Assembly: GCA_052426225.1 (NCBI GenBank)
Contig: JBNJNM010000016.1
Span: forward strand, 1 to 64,000
Direction: 5' to 3'
DNA length: 64,000 nucleotides
Origin: Zancudomyces culisetae HAW-14-8
Taxonomy: Eukaryota > Fungi > Kickxellomycota
Position numbers and translations under genes: made by a program. Shown piece after piece: positions 44,356 through 56,300 of this stretch. Position 1 is the first letter of the stretch. Each line of letters opens with the position of its first letter. The notes beneath the pieces were generated by a model. That model saw only the letters and a list, made by a program, of their open reading frames with translations, ran no database searches and was not told where the DNA came from.

Positions 44356-47300
44356 CTATTTAGCCACTGAAAGAGCTACAACTTGCATACAGTCAAAGAC
44401 AATGTTCAGCTCTATCGTGTTGATTCCAATACGCTCAACCAGTTCTGCCAACTTGTTATAAAATTTTACAGAAGCAGCTATATAGGTGTCATCGCTGGCT
44501 ATGTCCTCAATCTCAATGTCAATTAGAGGCGCTGCAGCTCCTTTACTCCAAAGTTCCACATTGGAACCGTGTTGATCATTAAAACTTGTTATAGCTTTTA
44601 TTGTTGCTTCTTTTGCGCACCATAGCATTGTAAAGCCTGATGCGATAGAGGATTGAGTCTTGCAATACTCTATTTCCTTTTTAGTAAAGTTTCGGGTGAT
44701 AAAGTTTTCATTTTCCACATTTAGCGAGGATACTGGTTCAATATCAATACCAATACCACATATCTGCTTTTTATCAATGTTCTTTATAATTTTATCAAGT
44801 GCAAGAACTGTATTATTTATAATCAAGTCATTGATAGATCCAGACTCGGGTTCGGTTATCTGGTCAAATCTGTTGAACGAATAAGTCTCAGATACCGGAT
44901 CAAACGAAACTCTAGCATTGGGATTCATATATACTAGCTCTTCCATTTCCTTGGAAAACGGAGGATCGGACTTTATTTTGACATGCTTTTTGAGCCCAGT
45001 TAAAGTGTTTTGGTAATATCTGTTAGCTTTGATCTGCCTTTGATTCCGTTTTTTCAAATATGACGCGTATTCGTGTCTATCTAGTGACGCTAGCAGATAA
45101 TCTGGATGCACAACAATCATTTCACCGCAATCTTTAGACTTTCCATATGATCTTAATATTCCTGCCTTAACCATGGGTCTCTTGTAGGATTCGTATGGGA
45201 AAAAAGTAAAGGTGTAGTCTTTATAATCGTTGGAAATGTTGTCAGAAATTCTATTCCCAGGAATGATCCCAGTGTTAATAGATTGGATAAGCCCAGTCAG
45301 CTCGATAACTGAAGATGCGCTTTTTGTGTGTCCAATAAGCCCCTTTTGTGAAACAACGGGGCAAATATTGCCAGGTGTTCTTCCCAAATAGTTAAACTGA
45401 ATATCTGCTATTTTTAGCTCCATATGGTCCATACGACTTATTGAACTCGAATACATGCTAACAACATCGATATCATTAATATCCAACCCAAAACAAGATA
45501 GAGCCCCTCTAATAGGAGAAATGGTTTTATCACTTCTCCAAAACTCATTTGTCCAGAAGCTTATTGCCTCTTTTCTTAATCTGTTTTCTTGATTTGATAT
45601 GCTATTGATAACTTCTGTAATCAAATCCAGCTTACTTTGTGAGGTATTGCTGCTCAAAAATAAATCTCTGTCAGATACGAGACCATTTGATCCAAAATTA
45701 TCAGTTTGGAAATATTCATCAAATCCCGTAGATGTAATGTAAGAGTACTCTTCGGTTGCCCATTTTTTGATCTCCAAAAGTCTTTTTTCTAGCTGGTCTT
45801 TCCGATAGCTGATATCTAAAATAGGGTTGGGCATATTTGTAATGGGATCACATTCACGAGAATTGGATAGTACTCCGTACCCAACATATTCCCTATAGGT
45901 AGCATAACTTGATGTGTTGGTCTGGCAAAAGGCAATTATTGCATATATTGGCACACCCATTTCTAGTGCAGTCCTGGCAGACATTAGAACCATAGTTGAT
46001 GAGCCGATACTTTCAACAAAACCATCGCTAGTATTTGTAAATGGCCGAAAATGATCTTTTACAGTTCTTCCCGCCTTTTGTTCTTTAGATGCCGTCACTA
46101 GCTCTTTATTAAGGAAAAGTTCGAGGTTCATTTCCTCGTCTACATCATCTTGACCCCCAGCAATCATCACCTTTGCCTTGCCCATCTGAATACTCTCAAC
46201 AGCAATCGAAACAGATGCTAATCCATTGGAATAGGATGTGCTTGGAATTTTTATAGGCCCGGCGGACGACAATAGCAGCAAGTTTATCCATCCCGACATT
46301 GATGAGGGAAATGTCTCTTGTAATATATCCTTTTGTACATCTTCGTCTCTTAGTCTCCCCAGACATGTTTCTAAAAATGACTCAACACCACCCACAAATG
46401 AGCCCACCGAATTTCCAACTTCAGTTAGATGTACGTATTTGTAGAATTCGTATGGATCCTCAATTCCAGCCCGCATTAACGAATCACATGTGGAAACTAG
46501 GGTCAGGAGAGTCAAATAATCTACTTGGTTAATGGTATCTGTGTCTATCCCATATCTTTTTGCCGACCATCCCTTTGGAAGTAATCCTACAGTGTTAGAG
46601 TCGATTTTAGTTGCCTTGGGAAAGTACAGTTTTGCTCCGGGCAAGAACTGTACAGACCACGTTTCGTCACCATTGCTCCAAATCTTTACCTTATCTTCAT
46701 TTCGCAGTTTAAAGTGTTCGGCTTCCACCTGTGTCGTAATTATCGGATGCATTTTTTCTTGGATTTCGATTTCCTGTATAGTGACTCGTTCATCTGGATT
46801 GTATCCACGCATTAACTCTGGGTCAATGTTTCTTATTCTGGAGTTTTGAACAATCTTCATCTCATAAATACTCCTAATTCTTTTCTCTTCAATTGGTTGT
46901 TTGGTTTCACAGTCTATCCATCCATTATAATAGCGACCATCCTTTTGCTTTCCGTTGAAATATTCTATATATCCCATGATCCAAGCCAAGACAATGCAGC
47001 TTTCTGTAGATAAGTTTTCGTCAACTTCAAAATCCCATCTAGTTTCTGCAGTACCGTACGGAGTAACTTCACCATATCCAACTAAAACCACTGTTTTGTC
47101 CAGATCCAGCATATTCTTCATGTAGTTTAGATTTTCAAGCTCATCATACGTTTTGGTTTTAGGAAATTCCAGCCAAAGCTTAGACTGTGGGATAGCTTGG
47201 GTGGTTTTATATAGACGTTCCACGTTTTCTCCCTCAATCATATTGAAATCAAATGAGGTTTCCGCAACAATTTTCTTTTGCAACGAGCTCTGAAACATTA

Positions 47301-50300
47301 AGTTGTTTCTAATCTTAACGCATCTATCATTAAAGTCCATCATAATCCCGAACCCACCGCTAATGTCAACATACATGGGGCCGCTGTTTGATACTTGTGA
47401 CAATCGCGGATGCAAGAGACCCATCACGTTAAGTGCAATCTCATCAGGCGAAAACGTCTTTCCTCCTTGTTTCTCCATTTCTTCCGCAACAATATCATTT
47501 TGGTTCATCAGTGATGTACCTCTTGCCCAACCCACAACTACACCAATTATATTTATGATTCCGCCCCATGATTCAGCTCTCCACTTATCAAATAACGTTT
47601 CAAGTCCGATTTTACTTTCGGCGTACAGACCATCGTATCCAAAGCCACCATGATTTAGTGATAATGGTACCACTACTCTGGTAGGTCTGAAAACACTATT
47701 TAGCTCGTTCTTATTCTTTACAATTCTGCCAACCATCCTTATAATATTGATAAGCATTGTACGATGACTCAATTCCGAGTAGGAATCTATGCAAGTGATA
47801 TCCCTATTTATTTCTGACATCGCTGCAAACGGGATAAATAGATCCAAATCTAACCCAAGCCCTCCACTTGCCTTTGGTTTGTAAATAAAATCAACCAAGT
47901 TGTTAATATCAGTTTGTGAAGATTGATTAAACGGAACAACAGTTAGTGACGATTTTTTAGACCCATGCTCCTTATAAACCTTTTCATACATCCTTATATT
48001 ATCGTATTTGAAATTCGATGTTGTCGCAATGACGTTTGCACCAGATACTAGTAATGCCTTTACAAGAGATAAACCTATAGAATTCTTCCCACAACCTGTA
48101 ACCAAAACGTTCTTACCACTATATGAAATACCATGTTTTGAAATATCCAATATAGCAGCCATATACACTGAAGTCGAATCAGGGTCATAGTTCCATATTT
48201 CATGTGAAAACCTGGTTCGAAGGTGAAGAAACGGAATTCTGTCTTTTATGAGAATTTGTTTGGAAAATTGTTGAAAATCGTCAAACTCTCTCATATCTTT
48301 TTCAAGTTGACTAGTTTTATCGAACTGATCAGTGTGTGCTTCCTTTTTTCTAGTTGCCAGTTCTGACAGCAAGGCTGAAATTCTATTAAGGTCCAATGTC
48401 TTTTCACCACCACCACTATTACTATTTATAAGATCAACAATTTCTTCAACCTTTAAGCCACTCGATATATCACTATCTTGGGTTCGACTAGCCAGATTAG
48501 GTATGCCCTTTACCATTGATTTCAAATAATCAACACAGCTATTTACTCCGGCTCTTGGAGTTTCTGTATATTGAATTTCCCCCTTGTTGTTAACAGTTGT
48601 CCTTGGACCCACAAATTTCTCCAAACCCTTATACAATGGATCTAATTCAACATTTGCCTCGCAAACATTTACTAGATCCCTCAATAGCTCAATCTTTGCT
48701 GCCAACTCCTTATTTTCATGGGTTAGACTGTTTTCTTGTTTTAATATCTGCAATTTGTATTTTAAAAAGTCAACCAACTGAATGCTAGAACAGTTTACAA
48801 GATGTCTGAACTCGTCCATTAGAGTTTCCTTTATTTTTTCGCTATTCATTTCCACCATTCTATAGAAAAGCGAGTCTGCCCGTGCCAAAGACCAGTTCCA
48901 GTATGAGTCAAAGACTCTAACTTTTTCTTCCTCAAAAATCGATTTTATTCCTTCAATAAACACCTCTCCCTGCTCACTAAGTAAATAATCAATCTGAGCT
49001 TGAACTTCACCCAGTTTGTTTGTTGTTTCCTCCAACGCTTCGTGGCTCTTGCTATAGCTTACACCGAAATAATCGTTCAAAGATTCAAGATGAGAATTCA
49101 ATAATGTATCTTGCTTTTCCACTAGACTGGTGAATTCTTTTGAATTTATTACTGTGGTACTTTTTCCTGCACTAGAAGACACACTTAGTTGAGAATATTG
49201 TATTCCAAATATTTTAGCATATTGATTGGCAACTATTTCCAACCACGAATTCATGTCCTTTTCATTTGCCAATCGGTTTTCAGGCTCAAATGTAGTTCCC
49301 AGCAAAAGCAAACAGTCAGCACGCAATGGACCTAGTCCGTACTTTTTGTTTAGCATTTCCTTGATCTTGGGAATGGTAAATCCACCCGGCATCTTTGAGT
49401 TTACCAACTTTGACACCCTTACAGATGAAAATGGTCCCAGTCCGCCAGAAGAGTTATTAAGTTGGCCAAAAAGCTCAACCAGTGGCATTTCCTCAGCCTT
49501 ATCAGGTAGTTGATTTTGAAACTCTTTTTGTAAATCACTGATTATTTCATTTTGCATTGCTGATTTGCCATTGACTAGGTCCTTAATAGATTTGGAATCG
49601 GAAATATCAATGTAACTTTTTTTCAGCTTTTGAGCAACTATAGAGGTAATGATTTCACGAGCTGTGATTTTTACATCTTCTATTTGTGCAGCTACTCCTT
49701 GAGATATATTCCCATCGCCAGAACTGTTTTCGAGAGCAGGGCTGTAATGTAGATCAGTTGGTGTTGCTGTTGGTGTTGCTGTTTCAGCTGGTTTGGTGAC
49801 TTGTTCACTTGAACGAGACGTTGAAGTCTGTGTGTCTGCAGCTTCACTTTGTTTGTCGGTAGAGAGCTTTTTACTGGATATTGGAAGAGAGGCGTTTGAT
49901 TCTTGAGGTTCGTTGGATTCATTTTGTCTGTTGGCGTGATAAATGGATTCTTTATCGCTAATACAATGTAGTATAGTACGCTGGATTCCCTCCAAATCGT
50001 CTTGATCCTTGAACTTGGCATGTATCGTTCTTGTTGCCATTCCAACCAACACGGAACTGGGCCCGACCTCAATAGCTTGTTCAATATTACAGTCTCCGAA
50101 TATGGTATTTTGAGTTTCAATCCATTGAACAGGGCTGGCAAATTGATATGACAACAGTTCAACCAAAAGAATGTGGCCCAGTCGTTGTTTCTCATGTCGA
50201 TCAGCCAAATGTGATTCGTCCCAATGATCAATGACCTCTCTGAGGTGCGGTGAATGGGTAGCACTGTAGACCATTTCAAAGTATGCTTTCGATACAGCAA

Positions 50301-53300
50301 ACATCTTTCCTGTTACATTTGGAATATATCTACGTTCTAGCTGTTCAACTACTACATTTTCCTTTGTGATTGATTTGTGTAGGAATTGTCGCATCAGTGG
50401 TACCCCCGACAATAGAAAAGAGGAATGGAATGGCACATCAATCCCAGGAATAGGAATGGTACATTTGCTTCGAGTTAGGGATATATACCCATTACTAGCA
50501 TTGTACTTTTTATCAGATTTAGCAATTATTTGGCAAATTGTCTTTTCTACAAACGCACTAAATTCTTGCATCATTTCTGTATCAACTATATCTTCAGACT
50601 CGGTATCATGACTTTTCTTAAATATACCATTTAATTGTTCTTTCTGGTAAAATAGGACATCTGTTACCTGGGAAAATATGTCCAGTAATACCAGTTCACC
50701 AGCAATCACATACTGCCAGTTATAAATGTTGTAGTTTACAATCTCCATTAAACCAGGTCTTTTTTCTTTAATCATATCAACAACCTTTTCAAACATCATT
50801 TCCATGAATTTTGAAGCTATTCGGCTTGGGTTGAAGGCAACCATTCCGTACTTACTGGCTCCCTCCTTATTGCGTTCTACAGATAACTGCATGGCCAGTC
50901 CGCGATAAAACACCAGTTCAATCATTGTTTCTACTTTTACCATTCCACCCATAACCAACAATGCGCAGAATTCTCCAAGTGAATGGCCAGCAAATACAAG
51001 ATCTTTGTGCACAAGGTTGTTGTTCAACATATCCTGCGATGCCGCCATTGCAAAAAGCATAATTGAGGGCTGGGTAAACTGTGTTGCATTGAGAAGACCT
51101 GTTGGCGACCTGAATGTATAGCTTTCACTGCGCTCGTTGATTTCTGGAAAAATACTTATATACTCGGATTCGCCCTGTTTATTGGTTATTTCGTATCTCA
51201 TATTTATATACCTGGTTCTAATTTCCTTACCCCTTGAACCCCCAAAATATATAGTCTTTTCGCTTGGGTTCAGTCTGATTATCTCCAACAACGAGAATCC
51301 ATATAGATCGTCCATATACTTGTCAACCGAATTCCAGATTTCTTTCACAGCTTCCGAGCCGTTGTACAGATCCACACCCATATTAACCACTTGCGAACCT
51401 TGCCCCGTAAACAGGTAAGCTGTTTTTGGTGGATTTATTTCTGCAACACCCTCCAGTACTTTGTTGCCAATGCTGGTGAATGTTTCAACTTTGATTATTT
51501 TTCGTCCATTGCGCATGCCTACATGTGTTAATTTGGTTTCTAAGGTGTCTCCTGGTAAGACCATGTCCAAAAAGTTCACTTCATACACTGCTACTCGTTC
51601 TGGATGGCCCTCTGCAGCGCATGTTTCCACAACTCTTCTGGTCGCAGCTGAAGTCCACATTCCATGAACAATTGTTCCAGGAAGTCCACTAAGATTGGCA
51701 AAGAAGATGTTTGTGTGAATAGGATTGAGATCGGCTGTAACCAGTGCGAATTCCTTATTTGAAATCCGAGTGTGGCTGATTGCCAAATGTCTCAAATCTT
51801 TGGGAATTGCTGAATATCCTCCATCTTCAAAATATTGTGGTTCGTCAAACGGCTCTCCGTTTCGCTCTAGATATGCCAGTACAGGATTACCATATGCATG
51901 TCCGCTTTCATAATCTACACATCCAACCTCAACAGGAAGGGTGTTTTGAGATAAGACCTCGACCGATCCAACGGTTTTTACGCTGCTAAACTCCTTGATG
52001 CCTTTATATCTCACACTGCTAACCAAATTAAAGACAAGTACTGAACCAACTTGAACCAACCGATCATAGTTTTCTCCGGCTATTAACCATTCTTTACTTT
52101 GCAACACCTTCAAATCCTCTTCTGTGTTTAGCGATATTTTTGCCTTGGTTTCGTCTTTTATGCTAAAAGTATTTTGGTAGTCATTGAATTTACCTCTGAA
52201 CAGCGAGCTTGTAACAACTTTGTAATGGGGTACTCCGTCTTTCATTAAAATTCCCTCGGAGGTTGTCATCTTCCCCATTGGGCTGTTTGTAACTGATAGT
52301 AATCTTGCAGTAGCACTTAAATTATCGCTGGTTTTGAGCAGTTGGTAATCACAAAGTGATTCCAGTTTTACCGAGTAGTGTACAATGTCAAGCATGTTTG
52401 CATCTGCGCAATTGTGTGATGCAGTACAAATTGCTCCCCACAGAATACTGAATACAAAATCCATCGGAATATATGAATAGCCTTCTATGTTGTTGTATAC
52501 ATACTGATGCGATGTATTATCCACCACTTGACAGAACTTGGCTACATCTTTTGGGCTAACAATAACACTATTTTGAATCACAGTTCTTTCTCCAGTCTCT
52601 TCAACGTGCATGGTATATTGCTCCGGATGATGCACCCATAGCTGTTTATAAAATTCGCTCACCCGTGAATTCCTCTCGTTTACAATTTCATGAATCAGAG
52701 CGTATGGGGTCTCTGGTTTATATGAAAACTTGAAAAAAACACTATAAGTATTAGCGTTTGGCTTGTCGTTCATAGTGATTGTGATTGTTTTATCCTTACA
52801 TTCATACAATATCTTTATACTTTTGAAATGATGTTCATTTTCAACACACAGCTCCGTAGGATATCCACTATCATCAAAGTGTATCGTGGTTGTGGTTTTG
52901 GGAATAGGGGCTAGTGTAGATCTAATATTATTTTCTGTAACGTCTTCTCCCCTAACTATTGACCGCGAAAAGAGCAAAGCAGACAGCCACGACTGCTTGC
53001 CACCACAAAGAACGCTATACCACTCGTCACTTGTAGGCAAACGATCTGTATCATCCTGAAGTAGTTTAAATGTCTTTTTATTTGCCATCGAAACACACTC
53101 AATCGTGCCCGGAAGAGTTTTAGTTGTGTTTACACCAATCTCAACTGAGTATTCGATCTCAGGTACTCTGGTTTCATCACCTTCGTACATTGTATCCAAA
53201 AGAGAACGAATGTGACTTTGATTGATACCATTCAAGATATCAGAAACTGGTTCATCAACCACGTTTGCATACGAAACGGCCACTGGTCCCTGTAAAATGC

Positions 53301-56300
53301 ATACTTTCTGTGCATCTTGACCCACTACAGAGTCCAAATATTCTGACTGCCACAAACTGTCCTTTTTAAACCAGGAATCAAGGTTTTCATCCAAAATGGG
53401 AATGAATGGTACTGGCTTTCTGCCAGGTTCTTGACATATGTTTAAGAAAAAATGAGAGTCTATCACTGATATTGCTGTTTTAGATGCGTTTGGATGCATC
53501 TCCAATATAGTATTTACAATCTCAGTTGGTTGAGAGAGTTGTGCACTTGATTGCAGTATCATTTCATGTGGTATATAGCTAAATCTCTCTTCTATTTTTC
53601 TTAAAAAGTCTGCTACTATTTCTGTATATGAGGAATGAATCCATTTATCATTTTTCTGATCAAACATCAAATCAACCATCCTAAATATAACTTCTGAGTA
53701 TGTCATCTCTTCCAAATCGCACACATCTCCGTTTTCTTTACGTCCAAACCAAGGCCTTTGATAATCCTTATTGAGCCGCCCAATGATATACTCCTTTTTC
53801 TGCTTTAAAATCTTTTTTCTCTCCTCGACAGGCAGACTAAAGATGGTTTTATCAAGCTCATCCCAGAGCATCACCGCTCTACTAGCAATCATATGGATTG
53901 GCTGGCCGAGTTCAGAAATCACAGAGATGATCCCACCAGCTGGTCCATTATATGTGTCTGCCCACTTTATATCCGGAACACCGGGTGTGTCCACTATCAA
54001 CTGTTTCACTTTATAACTTGTAGGACATTCTTTTGCAACCATCATCCTCGACCCAAGAAGAATACCATCAAATGGCATTCTAGGTCTTTCATAAGCCATA
54101 CTCCAGTCACCAGTAATATACGGCAATGTGTCTTTATCGCCACCAAACCCTGATCCCGCGACCAAAACAACGTTTTCGCACATCCTAATCTCGGCATATG
54201 TTTCTAAAATTGGCTGGTGGAAATCTTCGGAGCTATGGTGCCCACCGCCACGCCCGCCTGTCCACTGAAGAATAATATTCATTTTGGGGTTATTTTTAGC
54301 CACTAAAACAACCTGCCTTATAGATTCAGCATTGCCTGGTTTAAAAGAAATATGCTTTATTCCGCATTGAATCATTCCTTCAATTAATTCGGTTGATGTT
54401 TCCAAACTAGGAACACCTGCCGAAATACAAACTCCATCGATTGGAGCACCCTCGAGTCTCATTCTGTTTAGTAGCGGTAGCTGAAGACTTGCCATTCTTG
54501 CGTTCAAGAAAATTACATTTACTGTGATCCCATCACCTGGTCCAATGTTTCTTCGTATTTTTTCAACCTCCTCTCGTAGTGATGCCTCAGAATAATGACC
54601 TCCACCAGCAAGCTCAATATGATAGCCAGAATTAAGAACAGACGATACAAAATCAGACCCAATAGTCGATGGTGTCATACCAGCAACCATGATATGGGGC
54701 TTTCCTAGAAGTCGTGTCATGCGTGTGTCAAGCATAAGGCTTCCGGTGTACTTATTTTGCACTATTTTTGGTCCAAACTCCTTTTCCCAGTTTTGACTAT
54801 ATGTCACAGAATTAGGATCGTTGTTTAACAAATCTACAAGCGTTTTTGTACCTTCAGGTATGATTTTATTGGGACTTGCAAAAATGACTTGAACACCAGT
54901 GCCCAGTTTGTTGTTTGCGGTCAATGAGCCAATTCCTGAAATTCCACCAGGACCAAAGTCAACAATGTGTGTAATGTCTTTTAACTCTGTTGCCTTAACC
55001 CAATTTACTTGTTCAATACATATCTCGTTGATAAGTATATATGTTAAATCTTTATCTTTGGTATCGTACATGGACCCGCATACAGATTTTACTGGAATAT
55101 TCATAAATTTGCTTTGAAATAGAAATCCTTCCGTTTTTATTCTACGATGTATTTGGTCGATATGCTTCCTCATCAAATTGCTGTGTAGCGGATTAGGATT
55201 CTGTATATACTCGAATTTAATTTCATCAGTCAAGTTTACACAATTTTTATTTTTTAGGTTCGAGATATGAGATTTAGAGAATTCTTTGAGCTTGAGAACA
55301 AACAAACGCAAAATATGATCAGGACCTGTAAGCTGACACACACTATTTGATTTAATAAACGAAACGCATACTCTTTCGTCTGGGTCAAGATCTTTGTTGA
55401 CCTGGTTAACTATTGTGTTTAGCGATTTTATTGGAATATTCATAACTTCTAATTGTATAGTCGGCATACCAGAAGGGTTTGTAGCTGTACGACTTTTAAC
55501 GGAATCTCTGCTGCTGTGGATAGAGTTTTCAATATCAGCGTGGAGTCCCACGTAGTATAAAAAACCCAAGGCGTTTTTCGAGTTGTGAATGAAGCTATTA
55601 TGATCGTTGGAACATGATATAGCTACAGCCACTACGGTACCACAGCCAAATCCTGCTAGACTATCAAATCTTCTTGTAACCCAACTATAACTTCTTTTCG
55701 ATACTCTACAAACCAGGTAGTATAATGACAGACTTACAAGACCCGAAAGTATCATACTCGCCGCTATTGAATGTTGAAAACCAAGTTCTTCAAAGGTTTG
55801 ACATTCCTTTTTTTTCAAAAGATCTAAAATATTGATTCTGAACTTTGCCAGGCCTTTTTTATATTCATCGCTTGAAATTCCAAGTACGAGCTCCGAAAGA
55901 GTTGTTACATAGTCGTTTAATAGCGAATTATAAGTCCCTAGCAAATTTTCTAGCACTTGTAAACTCACATCGGGTGAGATATATCCATCAAATATCCCTG
56001 CTAGTTTTAGTTTTTTTTTTATTGAAAGCTCGAAAATCGCACTCAAGTGCTCATCGCTTTTTTCTGGTTGTATATTTTCCTTGACTGTAGCACTTTCTAT
56101 AATGTCAACACAAGTAAAGTAGCTATTTAGAATGTTCTTTCTAGAATTATCGTCGACTTTGCTGACAGCAACATGAATATCGTTGTTATTCAAATATTCA
56201 TTATCAATAACATCAAGCAAGAACCGAAGTACTCCTATCTGTTCGGGTTCAATATTGGCTTTATCGATCGAGTGAAGGTTAATATAATGGTGTATGAATT

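Noticed and set aside
46231-46233. KS Cys->Tyr as a single-base sequencing error
   Set aside because: Flanking residues and several other KS and AT motifs are also substituted, and the ORF has no indels.
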